DNA of 32,000 nt from an uncultured Opitutales bacterium (GTDB lineage: Bacteria > Verrucomicrobiota > Verrucomicrobiia > Opitutales > JAIRKQ01). The stretch lies in NCBI GenBank assembly GCA_964577805.1, contig CAZOAG010000001.1, positions 174,192-206,191 on the forward strand, read 5' to 3'. The translations under genes and the position numbers were made by a program. Shown piece after piece: positions 1 to 9,208 of the stretch (within the stretch, counting starts at the first letter, position 1; each line of letters starts with the position of its first letter). The notes below the pieces were generated by a model. That model was given only the letters and a program-made list of their open reading frames with translations, was not told where the DNA came from and searched no databases.

Positions 1-1
1 T

Positions 2-553
2 TGTAAATTATCAATTATTGATCGTGTGTTTTCTAGAATAGGATCTGGAGATGATTTATCTCGTGGGCGTTCTACATTCATGATGGAAATGTCAGAAACA
101 GCGAATATTTTGCACCATGCGACTAGCGCAAGTCTTGTCATTTTGGATGAAGTTGGTCGTGGAACTAGCACATACGATGGACTAAGTATTGCGTGGGCGG
201 TTGTAGAATATTTGCACGGCAAATGTGATTGTGGACCAAAAACGTTGTTTGCCACGCATTACCATGAATTAACAAGATTGGCGCAAACATTGCCTCGTCT
301 GAAAAATTTTCAAATGGAAATTACTGAATGCAATAACGATGTCGTGTTTTTGCGAAAAGTAATTCCTGGAGCAGCGGATAAATCGTACGGGATCCATGTT
401 GCACAATTGGCTGGAATGCCACGCGACGTGATTGTACGTGCTGGTTCAATTTTAAAAGAATTAGAAGAAGAAGGCACTGTTTTTGCAAAAAAAATTCGAC
501 ACAATAAACAATATTGTGCCGCTGATGATTCATTTCAAATCGCGTTATTTTAG
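2..553 (+). CDS. mutS: DNA mismatch repair protein MutS, C-terminal part (5' end lies outside the window)
   Basis: The frame is open from base 2 ([32 protein letters not shown]...). MutS domain V motifs are present: STFMx[37 protein letters not shown] stop at 551-553. Confidence 0.9.
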   Translation, partial: CKLSIIDRVFSRIGSGDDLSRGRSTFMMEMSETANILHHATSASLVILDEVGRGTSTYDGLSIAWAVVEYLHGKCDCGPKTLFATHYHELTRLAQTLPRLKNFQMEITECNNDVVFLRKVIPGAADKSYGIHVAQLAGMPRDVIVRAGSILKELEEEGTVFAKKIRHNKQYCAADDSFQIALF

Positions 554-1592
554 ATTTGATTGTTGTTTTAGGGCTTGATTTTGAACCTCTTCTGCAAGAT
601 TTTCTATGAAATTTTTATATACTTTTTCTGTCATTTTGTTTATGCCATTTTGCAACAAGTTAATAACCATGTCTTGTGGTATTTGTCCCGCATTAATCTC
701 ATCTGCACAATCTTTGACCTTGGCATAAAAATGGCATTTTTTAGCCGCATGCCAGCATTGAGCAAGTCTTTGATTTTTTCTCTGTCTTTTTCGTTAACAT
801 TGTTTATTATCTCGTTTTGTTGGGTTTTTCAGATCAAGAGTGATTAGCTCGTTTAATATTTTATTAAGCGGTATTGGCATTGATAGATTTTCCCTAGGAT
901 TCACATCTAGGTGCCACAAATTAGATGGTGACGTATTTTGTGCCAACTTCAATAGTTCATCAAAAACTTTGCTTACAAGTTTTTTGTTTTGTTGTTGCAA
1001 TTTTTCTACAAAAGTTTTAAATGAAAGCGTAGTATTATTTTGAGTCATCAAAAACTCAGCAATCATGCATGCTGTAGTTTCGAGATTGTCATTGCCGCTT
1101 GATAGTAAAACAATTTTGGCAATGTTCTTGGTTTTTGGACTTATTTTGATCGATTATATCAATGAAGGTCTCAGCCAATTCTTTATCCTGCAGCCCTTTA
1201 CATGCACTTTTAATTACGTCATCATATCCAGTTATATCATTCATTAATGCTATTGATGATAATGTAGCAAGTTTGAAGTTTTTGTTGGCTTTTTGACCGT
1301 CAATTTTGTTGTTCTCTCCGATAAATATTTTCGCATCGAAAGTGATTTTATTGTCTTTATCACCAATTTCAAACTGTTTGGTTTTTGTGCTAAAGCGCAC
1401 ATCTCTTGTGTCTAACTTTTTGGGCAAGTGTATTCTGGTTGTCTCTCCATTAATCGTCAACTTATAAGTGTTGGTCGATCTTATCAATCCAAAAATTTTT
1501 GATCCAAACGAAAGTTTACATTTGACATCTGGTTGATTGTTGGGCAGTCATCCATACTGCATTCCTCTGTGGCGATTATAGATTTCTCTCAT
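545..1592 (-). pseudogene. Series of collinear minus-strand ORF fragments of unknown function (possible decaying gene, or 2-3 small orphan genes)
   Basis: I translated the fragments by hand. ATG at 1592 gives MREIYNRHRGMQYG, then an in-frame TGA (1548-1550), and the same frame continues into the 132 aa ORF 1089..1487. After a frame change comes ORF 794..1066. Its TAA (794-796) is followed in the same frame by 82 further sense codons down to a TAA at 545-547. I recognised no motif. Confidence 0.35.
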
Positions 1593-1738
1593 AACATTGT
1601 CGAGAAATTTTAAATATTTTTTACAATGTTTTGGCTTTTAAACAATAGAAATGATACAAGAATTGCTCTGATACTGTCACTTATTGTGAGTATATTTTTC
1701 AAGTTTTTAGTGTTCCTTAAAATCTTCTTGCTGAAGCA

Positions 1739-2620
1739 ATGTATATTTCATACCATAGCAACCATCTTATGAGGAATATAGTTTTGTGCGCAGATGGATC
1801 GTTGTATGCTTTGTCAGCTGCTTATTATGCTGCTGATATGGCCAAATTAATGGATGCGCATGTCGATATTTTGTACGCATCTGATCTGAGAAGTTTTGAA
1901 GCATCGGCTATAGCAGATTTTGGTGGCAGTATAGGTGTGCAACCATTTCAAGAAATGTTATCAACTGTAGCTTCATTCGAACAAGAAAAAGCACAATTTT
2001 TACGAGAAAAATTTTCTTCATTGTTTGAAGATGCTGGCCTTGCTGGGCGCTATAGATTTCATCATCGTACAGGATTGATTTTAGACACATTTGATGAATT
2101 CAAAAAGACATTAATTGGAGTCGATATGATTATTCTCGGAAAATGTGGGGAATCATCAGAAGAAGATGGTCGGCGTGTAGGTGAAACATTGGACCGTATA
2201 TTAAATTCTGGAACTTATCCATGTCTCGTCGCGCCACAAGAACATCGTGAAATAAAAAATATATTAATTGCATATGATGGTTCAGATAGTGCGACCAAAG
2301 CAATACATTTCTTGGAGCGCAATCCATATTTTTCACATTGTAAAATACATTTGTTGGCAGTATCTCCAGATGTTGCGCTGAAAAATAATATGAAATCTGC
2401 TGAAGAAATTTTGCGTGGGTATGCTGGATTAAATGTTGTTGTGTCGCAAAGTACATCAGATGATATTGCACACGCGATAATAGAATATGTTAAAAATAAT
2501 AATATTGGCATGTTGATGATTGGATCGTTTAGTCATAATATCATTAGGCGATTCTTTATGGGAAGCACAACGATGGATATATTAGAAAATGCCACGTGTG
2601 CAATGATGGTATTTAGTTGA
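1739..2620 (+). CDS. Universal stress protein family protein with tandem USP domains
   Basis: There are two repeats of the USP pattern: NIVLCADGS...ILYA and NILIAYDGSDSATKA...HLLAV...MLMIGSFSHNIIRRFFMGSTTMDILENATCAMMVF (the G-x2-G-x9-GS-like C-terminal motif). The start could instead be the internal ATG at 1769 (MRNIVL). Confidence 0.8.
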   Translation: MYISYHSNHLMRNIVLCADGSLYALSAAYYAADMAKLMDAHVDILYASDLRSFEASAIADFGGSIGVQPFQEMLSTVASFEQEKAQFLREKFSSLFEDAGLAGRYRFHHRTGLILDTFDEFKKTLIGVDMIILGKCGESSEEDGRRVGETLDRILNSGTYPCLVAPQEHREIKNILIAYDGSDSATKAIHFLERNPYFSHCKIHLLAVSPDVALKNNMKSAEEILRGYAGLNVVVSQSTSDDIAHAIIEYVKNNNIGMLMIGSFSHNIIRRFFMGSTTMDILENATCAMMVFS

Positions 2621-2729
2621 TTATTTATTCATTATTGGTTGTTGAGATCGTCTAGTGAGCAGTGCAATATTGTCTTGACAACAATAGATCCGATTTTTTA
2701 GCTCCATCTTGAGTTTTTTACATGAGGAA

Positions 2730-2751
2730 GTGGGCTCTGCCCGCTTTTTTT
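2730..2751 (+). terminator. Rho-independent terminator-like hairpin between the usp gene and nusA
   Basis: GTGGGC-TCT-GCCCGC stem-loop (extendable with A:T pairs) followed directly by a run of 7 T (2745-2751). It lies 110 nt after the usp stop and 28 nt before the nusA ATG. Confidence 0.55.
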
Positions 2752-2778
2752 GTTATAAAACACGTAGAGGTAAATTTC

Positions 2779-4032
2779 ATGAGCACAGGAAGTCAAATAT
2801 TGTCAGTGTTGGAATATATGGAAAAGGAAAAGGGCATCAGCCGTTCCGACATGATAGAAACAATAAGCGAGGCCATTCGTACTGCAGCTATGAAAAGCAT
2901 AAACGCAGGACATGATGTTAGAATAGATATTAATCCTAGGACTGGCAATTTGCAAGCATGGGCAATATTTGAAGTGGTAGATTCTGTAAGCGATCCAAAA
3001 ACGCAGATCCATATAAGCAAAGCGTTATTATTAGATGAATATGCTGAAATTGGTTCTGTCATTGAAAAAGAAATAGACCCTGCCCTACTTGGACGCATTG
3101 CAGCGCAAACAACGCGACAAGCAATAATGCAACGTATACGTGCATTTGAACGAGAAAAATTATATGATGACTTTAAAAGTCGTGTTGGTGATATTGTTTC
3201 TGGAACTGTCAGAAATACAGAAAGCGGTAATGTTTATATTGATGTTAATGGAGCAGAAGGAATTATGCCATTGCGTGAATGTATTCGAGGAGAGGAATTT
3301 TCAATAGGAGAACGCATACGTTGCTTGTTGTTAAAAATCGATCATCTGAGCAGAGACGCCGAATTAATATTAAGCCGTAGTCACGTAAATTTTGTCCGCC
3401 GGTTGTTGGAAATAGAAGTGTCAGAAATTGCAGATGGTAGCGTTACTATCAAGGGCATTGCACGTGAGGCAGGATATCGTACGAAATTATGTGTCGATAC
3501 TAATGATAAGAATATAGATCCTGTTGGTGCTTGTGTAGGTACACGTGGAGTTCGTATAAAGAGTATTGTTCGTGAATTGAATGGTGAAAAGATCGATGTA
3601 ATTCGATATTATGACGATCCCGAAAAGTTACTATACGAAGCAATAAAACCAGCCATTCCAAAAAATATTCGGATAGATCATGATAGTCGTAGGATATATT
3701 TCGAAGTGTCTGAAGGTGATCTTGCAGTTGCTATTGGAAAACGCGGTTTGAATGCTCGTTTGACATCTCGAATGATGAACTGGCGATTGGACATTAGTAA
3801 AGAGAATGAAACGCCTCGTGAAAATTTTGGTGAGAAATTAGAACGTGCTGTTGCTGGGTTGAATGGTATTCCAGGAATTGATGATGAAGCAGCACAACAA
3901 TTAGTAGCTATTGGAATAACTGATATTGATGCGTTTGAAGGTGTTGAATCAGATGATTTGATCGCGGCTGGATTTGAAGAAGAAGCGGCGAAAAAAATAT
4001 TAGACAGCGTTGAAAATTTTTGCAAGAAATAG
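2779..4032 (+). CDS. nusA: Transcription termination/antitermination factor NusA
   Basis: The N-terminus [22 protein letters not shown] matches the NusA N-terminal domain. An S1 region (GDIVSGTV...) and KH regions ([29 protein letters not shown]; [13 protein letters not shown]) are present. An AGAGG RBS sits about 8 nt upstream of the ATG at 2779. The longer ORF from 2722 would run across the terminator hairpin. Confidence 0.93.
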   Translation: MSTGSQILSVLEYMEKEKGISRSDMIETISEAIRTAAMKSINAGHDVRIDINPRTGNLQAWAIFEVVDSVSDPKTQIHISKALLLDEYAEIGSVIEKEIDPALLGRIAAQTTRQAIMQRIRAFEREKLYDDFKSRVGDIVSGTVRNTESGNVYIDVNGAEGIMPLRECIRGEEFSIGERIRCLLLKIDHLSRDAELILSRSHVNFVRRLLEIEVSEIADGSVTIKGIAREAGYRTKLCVDTNDKNIDPVGACVGTRGVRIKSIVRELNGEKIDVIRYYDDPEKLLYEAIKPAIPKNIRIDHDSRRIYFEVSEGDLAVAIGKRGLNARLTSRMMNWRLDISKENETPRENFGEKLERAVAGLNGIPGIDDEAAQQLVAIGITDIDAFEGVESDDLIAAGFEEEAAKKILDSVENFCKK

Positions 4033-4038
4033 AATAAA

Positions 4039-6498
4039 ATGAGCGTCAGGGTATATCAGTTGGCCAAGCAGCTCGGCCTAGACAATAAACATGTTGTTCA
4101 ATTATTGCGAGAACGTGGATTAAATGTAAGTGGGCCGTCAAATACGATTCCTTCAATCTATGCTGATGCTTTAATTGAAGAAATTGGTAATAAAAAACTT
4201 GTTTTTGAAGATAAAACAACGGCATCTGTAGAAAGCAATATTGTTGCAGAAGAGGAAAGTGTCGCTGCTAATAATGTAACTTCTCATGAAGATCCTATTG
4301 TTGTTGCTGAAGCAGAACCGGCCATTGAAACAGTTGTAGAAAATGATGATCGAATTGTAGTAAACGAACGTGAATTGAATGTTGGGTTTCAGACGAAAGA
4401 CATAGAACAAGTTTCAGAAGAAGAGATCAATGAACCGGTAATTGAAGAACAACAAGATGTTGTTGAGCCAATTGCGCAGAGCAAACCTCTGCAGATGGTC
4501 AAACATGTCATCATAAAAAGTAACCGCATCAAAAAATCTAAGCCTGCTAATAAATCAAATGATGCAGATAAAAATAATGTACAACAATTCCCTATTCAGC
4601 GTTCACAGACCAAAAAAGATATTTCTAATGATACAACTGTTCAAGAGCAACCAGTTGTTAAGTTCAAACCGTTCTTAAAGAAAATAGAACGACAGACACC
4701 AAGCATTACAGAGTTAACAACACTAGAAATAAAGCCACCTATTGTTGTACGTGCATTGGCCACTCAAATGAATGTTAAGCCATTTCAGTTGATTTCAAAA
4801 CTGATGAGCATGAACATTTTTGCGTCAATGAATCAAGAGATTGACGTAAAGGTCGCACAGAGTGTTGCTGAAAAATTTGGATTTTCTCTTGTTCTGGCTA
4901 AACCAGAAATAGAAAAAGCACCAAAACAATCATCTTCACAGAAAAAACAAAAACCTATTGTCAAGAATACACAGAATGTTGTTGAACGACCACCGGTTGT
5001 GTGTGTGTTGGGACATGTTGACCATGGTAAGACTACATTGCTTGATACTATTCGTCATGCTCGTGTTGCAGCAGGAGAAGCAGGTGGCATTACGCAACAT
5101 GTTGCTGCGTATCAAATCGAGCATAATGGCAAAAAAATAACATTTATTGATACTCCTGGTCATGCAGCGTTTTCTAAAATGCGTCAGCGTGGTGCCAATA
5201 TGACAGATATTGGTATTCTCGTTGTAGCAGCTGATGATGGGTTCATGCCTCAGACAGATGAAGCATTAAAATTTGCACAGAATGCGAATATTCCAGTTGT
5301 TGTTGCAATAAATAAAATTGATGCAAAGGGGGCGAATGTTGATCGTGTAAAACAACAGATGCAACAGCGTGGTATTACATCTGAAGATTGGGGAGGTAGT
5401 ACTTTATGTACAGAAATTTCCGCATTAAAAGGACAGAACATTGAGTTGTTGTTGGAGCTGGTATGTCTTCAGGCAGAAATGATGGAATTGCGTGCTGATA
5501 CTGATGGTGCTTGCGAAGGTGTTGTTTTGGAATCAAAAATTGCTAAGGGACAAGGCCCTATGGCAAGTGCGATCATTCAAGATGGCACACTGAAGATCGG
5601 AGATTATCTAGTTTGTGGAAAGTATTTCTGTAAAGTAAAATCATTGATTGATGATAAAGGAAAATCAATCAAAGCAGCACCTGCTTCTACTCCTGTCAAT
5701 ATTACAGGATGGTCAGGGTTGCCAGAAGTTGGCAGTCAATTTGTTTCTGTCGCTAATGAAAAAATAGCACGTAGCATGGCAGAAGAAAATGTTGCAGTAC
5801 CACAAAACGCAGCGCTTGGAAGAATGACATCAGAGCGTAATATAAGCAACGTTGATGAATTATTTTCTGCTATTGCGGCTGTTGACGAAAAGGTACTGAA
5901 AGTTATTGTACGTGCTGACGTTCATGGTAGTGCAGAAGCGCTTAATGATTTCTTGCAGACTATAAAAAGTAAGAAGATTCGATTGGAGATTTTGGATTGC
6001 GGTGTTGGTGCTATTGATAAGAACGACATTGTTCTCGCTAACACAACTCATGCAACGATTGTTGCTTTTAATATAAAAGTAGAATCTAGTGCTCAAGCAC
6101 TGGCCAAACAATTTGGTGTAAAAATTATACAGCATAATATCATCTATGAAATTATTGAAAAAGTAAAAGATGAGATGGCAGGATGTTTGGACCCAGAATT
6201 GCATGAGAACAAGATGGGAGCAGCGGAGGTCCGTCAAGTATTTAATGTAAAAAATTCTGTCATTGCAGGATGTATGGTTACAGAAGGCAAGATATTGCGA
6301 GATAAATTCGTACGTGTCATCAGACGTAATGAGATTATTTTTCAAGGAAAATTCTCATCGATTAAACGGCAAAAGGATGATGTTGGTGAGGTTCGCGCTG
6401 GGTTTGAGTGTGGTATAGTAATTTCTGGTTTTGATGCTGTAGAAATTGGTGATATCATAGAGTGTTTCGAAATACAAAAACTTCAACCATCACTATAA
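4039..6498 (+). CDS. infB: Translation initiation factor IF-2
   Basis: IF2 N-terminal box MSVRVYQLAKQLG. GTPase motifs GHVDHGKTTLLD, DTPGH, NKID. The C-terminal domains are conserved. It sits immediately after nusA. Confidence 0.95.
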   Translation: MSVRVYQLAKQLGLDNKHVVQLLRERGLNVSGPSNTIPSIYADALIEEIGNKKLVFEDKTTASVESNIVAEEESVAANNVTSHEDPIVVAEAEPAIETVVENDDRIVVNERELNVGFQTKDIEQVSEEEINEPVIEEQQDVVEPIAQSKPLQMVKHVIIKSNRIKKSKPANKSNDADKNNVQQFPIQRSQTKKDISNDTTVQEQPVVKFKPFLKKIERQTPSITELTTLEIKPPIVVRALATQMNVKPFQLISKLMSMNIFASMNQEIDVKVAQSVAEKFGFSLVLAKPEIEKAPKQSSSQKKQKPIVKNTQNVVERPPVVCVLGHVDHGKTTLLDTIRHARVAAGEAGGITQHVAAYQIEHNGKKITFIDTPGHAAFSKMRQRGANMTDIGILVVAADDGFMPQTDEALKFAQNANIPVVVAINKIDAKGANVDRVKQQMQQRGITSEDWGGSTLCTEISALKGQNIELLLELVCLQAEMMELRADTDGACEGVVLESKIAKGQGPMASAIIQDGTLKIGDYLVCGKYFCKVKSLIDDKGKSIKAAPASTPVNITGWSGLPEVGSQFVSVANEKIARSMAEENVAVPQNAALGRMTSERNISNVDELFSAIAAVDEKVLKVIVRADVHGSAEALNDFLQTIKSKKIRLEILDCGVGAIDKNDIVLANTTHATIVAFNIKVESSAQALAKQFGVKIIQHNIIYEIIEKVKDEMAGCLDPELHENKMGAAEVRQVFNVKNSVIAGCMVTEGKILRDKFVRVIRRNEIIFQGKFSSIKRQKDDVGEVRAGFECGIVISGFDAVEIGDIIECFEIQKLQPSL

Positions 6499-6825
6499 AT
6501 GATATCACAGCGATTTATTCGTTTAAATAAGATAGTATGCAATGAGATAAATACTTTGTTGCATACAGTATATCGCGATGTTGCAAAAAATATATCCATC
6601 ACGGAGGTCAATGTTTCGCCAGATATGAGGGATGCATATATTTATTTTTCTGTAATTGGAGATGATAAAAATAATGCTCAAAAAATCTTGATGAAACATA
6701 TGTCCGATCTTCGTCGTCGACTTTTCGGTCGTGTAAAAATAAAATTTTCACCACGATTATATTTTCGACATGATATATCAATTTCTCGCGGACAACATAT
6801 TTTAGACATTTTGGATAATTTATAG
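6499..6825 (+). CDS. rbfA: Ribosome-binding factor A
   Basis: 108 aa, with its ATG abutting the infB stop. The core ITEVNVSPDMRDAYIYFSV is RbfA-like, and the position between infB and truB is the conserved one. Confidence 0.85.
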   Translation: MISQRFIRLNKIVCNEINTLLHTVYRDVAKNISITEVNVSPDMRDAYIYFSVIGDDKNNAQKILMKHMSDLRRRLFGRVKIKFSPRLYFRHDISISRGQHILDILDNL

Positions 6826-6850
6826 AACATCATTCCATATTGTTGTGTAT

Positions 6851-7822
6851 ATGAACAATCATTCGTTATTGGAATTATTATTGCGCAATCGTGAATATAA
6901 TATTATTGGGCATATACGACCGGATGGTGATTGTGTTGGCAGTCAATTAGCAATATATTATACTTTGCAACAAAACGATATTCAATGTAATATTATAAAA
7001 AATGATGATTATGGTAGTGTTTTGTCTGGATTTTTAGATGGCTGTGATGTAATTCAAGATGATCAAGCAAATTATGAATTACCATTGATTTGTGTAGATT
7101 GTTCTGATTTTGCTCGTACTGGGAAATTTATACCACGTAATTACGAACGACCATATTTGAACATTGATCATCATATTTCTAACAACAATTATGGTGAATA
7201 TAATTTCATTGATCCGGATGCAGTATCAACAACAGAAGTAATTGCACGGTTATTAGCCAATGATAAGGTAGATTATGGTAAATTAGCTGCTGAAATGATT
7301 TATCTCGGCATAATGACAGATAGCAATCGGTTTGCATACAGTACAACAACGAAGGACACATTAAAAATAACGGAATCGTTAGTAGAGAGAGGTGCTGATC
7401 TTCCGAAGATTTATAATGCTATATATGAACATAATAGCATCGAACGATATCGATTATTAACGATCTTTTTAAAAAACATTACTGTGTTCAACGGTGGTCT
7501 ATGTTGTACCTCATTTGTAACTGATGATGATTTCAAAAATACTAGTGCTCAACGTGCTGATACGGAAGGATTTGTAGATTATACTCGTGCTTTAGATGGT
7601 GTACAAGCTGGTGCGTTTTTAGAAATTCATGATGAATATATAAAATGTAGCATGCGTTCACGATCAACTGATATTCGTATGGATATATTGGCTAGTCAAT
7701 TTGGTGGTGGCGGACATCCGGCAGCATCTGGATTTATTGTTCAATCCCCTACTCCTGATTTTTACAAAATTTTTCAATCTGCACTTGCAGAACATGTGAC
7801 AAGGTTTTACGAAAACAAATAA
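6851..7822 (+). CDS. DHH/DHHA1 family phosphoesterase (NrnA-like oligoribonuclease / pAp phosphatase)
   Basis: Motifs HIRPDGDCVGS, CVDCS, NIDHH and the C-terminal GGGHPAASGF (DHHA1). A GTG at 6845 is an alternative start. Confidence 0.8.
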   Translation: MNNHSLLELLLRNREYNIIGHIRPDGDCVGSQLAIYYTLQQNDIQCNIIKNDDYGSVLSGFLDGCDVIQDDQANYELPLICVDCSDFARTGKFIPRNYERPYLNIDHHISNNNYGEYNFIDPDAVSTTEVIARLLANDKVDYGKLAAEMIYLGIMTDSNRFAYSTTTKDTLKITESLVERGADLPKIYNAIYEHNSIERYRLLTIFLKNITVFNGGLCCTSFVTDDDFKNTSAQRADTEGFVDYTRALDGVQAGAFLEIHDEYIKCSMRSRSTDIRMDILASQFGGGGHPAASGFIVQSPTPDFYKIFQSALAEHVTRFYENK

Positions 7823-7827
7823 TTGCG

Positions 7828-8553
7828 ATGACAGAGAATTTAAACGGTATATTATTAATTGATAAGCCAAAGGGTATTACGTCTCATGATGTTGTAGCGA
7901 AAGTACGTCGATTATTTGGCATAAAAAAGGTTGGCCATGCTGGAACTTTGGACCCAATGGCAACCGGCCTTTTAATCCTTCTTATTGGTCGTGCTACAAA
8001 AGCATCGCAATATTTGATCGGCCTGTCAAAATGTTACGAAGGTACTATGCATTTAGGGACTGTTACGGATTCTCATGATGCAGAAGGAAACGTTGTAGAA
8101 ACACATGAGGTGCCAGAAATAACACTTGACGGATTGCAAGGATTAGCCGATACATTTATCGGTGATCAATATCAAGTTCCGCCAATGTTTTCAGCAAAAA
8201 AAGTAAATGGACAAAAATTATACAAACTTGCAAGAAATGGCACTGTAATAGATCGAGAGCCACAATTTATTAATATTAATACGTTCGAAATTGATGATAT
8301 TAATGGCAATGAAGTAACTTTTTTTGTCAGTTGCAGCAAGGGAACGTATGTTAGGACATTGGTACATGATTTTGGCCAAAACCTTGGATGTGGTGCTCAC
8401 TTGACACAATTATGCCGTACTGATATTGAAAATTTTTCGATAGAAGATGCTGTAACCTTGGAACGTCTGGAATCGATGAATCGAGAGGAATATTCCAATA
8501 TATTAATTCCTGTGCACAAGGCAGTTCCACCAAGAGTTCTCAATAATGAATAA
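7828..8553 (+). CDS. truB: tRNA pseudouridine-55 synthase TruB
   Basis: GILLIDKPKGITSHD and KVGHAGTLDPMATGLLILLIG (catalytic Asp motif). Conserved operon position. Confidence 0.93.
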   Translation: MTENLNGILLIDKPKGITSHDVVAKVRRLFGIKKVGHAGTLDPMATGLLILLIGRATKASQYLIGLSKCYEGTMHLGTVTDSHDAEGNVVETHEVPEITLDGLQGLADTFIGDQYQVPPMFSAKKVNGQKLYKLARNGTVIDREPQFININTFEIDDINGNEVTFFVSCSKGTYVRTLVHDFGQNLGCGAHLTQLCRTDIENFSIEDAVTLERLESMNREEYSNILIPVHKAVPPRVLNNE

Positions 8554-8559
8554 AGAAAT

Positions 8560-9165
8560 ATGTCGATTTGTCATCATTCCAAAAACATTCCAATAATCTC
8601 AGTTGACGGAGATTCTTTCGATGTGGTCTATGACGCATTACCGATTGTTTTGGCTATAGGAACATTCGATGGTGTACATTTGGGACATCAAAATTTGATA
8701 CAACGTGCAATTCATGAGGCCAACAATTTGAATGGCATGTGTGGAGTATATACTTTTGTGCCCCACCCTAGTTTTGTGATTTGTCGTAATACGCCAAAAC
8801 CGATGATTTTTTCTTTAGCTAAAAAATATGAATTATTAAAACAGTTTGATACATGCGGTATTTTTGTACAAAAATTTGATATATCGTTTTCGCAACAATC
8901 GCCAGAAATGTTTTTAAATTATCTTACAAAGAAATTTCCAACATTACGCGGAATTTGTGTTGGTGAAAATTTTAAATTTGGAAAGGACCGTATTGGCAAT
9001 GTTGATGTATTAACAACTTGCGCAAAAAAATATAATATATCTGTTCATATAGTCTCACCAACATTGTTTAAAGGAGAACGAATTAGTAGTTCAAGAATAC
9101 GTCAATCAATTGCATCCGGCAATATTGATGAAGCAACTAAAATGCTGGGATACTCTTTACAATAA
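8560..9165 (+). CDS. ribF: FMN adenylyltransferase (FAD synthetase) domain only: a RibF lacking the riboflavin kinase domain
   Basis: GTFDGVHLGHQ and ISSSRIR motifs of the N-terminal FADS domain are present. The protein ends at ...EATKMLGYSLQ, exactly where bifunctional RibF continues into the kinase domain. No kinase-like sequence follows in any frame before the next gene. Confidence 0.85.
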   Translation: MSICHHSKNIPIISVDGDSFDVVYDALPIVLAIGTFDGVHLGHQNLIQRAIHEANNLNGMCGVYTFVPHPSFVICRNTPKPMIFSLAKKYELLKQFDTCGIFVQKFDISFSQQSPEMFLNYLTKKFPTLRGICVGENFKFGKDRIGNVDVLTTCAKKYNISVHIVSPTLFKGERISSSRIRQSIASGNIDEATKMLGYSLQ

Positions 9166-9208
9166 TCTACCGATCATCACAAGGTTTTTATAATTTGAGG
9201 TTGATGGC

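Noticed and set aside
575-1247. Plus-strand ORFs 575..847, 840..1043 and 1065..1247.
   Set aside because: They are Phe/Leu/Ile/Cys-rich translations typical of the antisense strand of AT-rich coding sequence. The opposite strand gives more protein-like sequence.
794-1550. In-frame TGA (1548-1550) and TAA (794-796) might indicate stop-codon reassignment (an alternative genetic code).
   Set aside because: TGA terminates dnaG (15220-15222) and the alpha/beta hydrolase (11873-11875) at the expected protein lengths. TAA and TAG terminate infB, truB, rpoD, gyrA, mutS and nusA. The standard code fits everywhere else, so gene decay is the simpler explanation.
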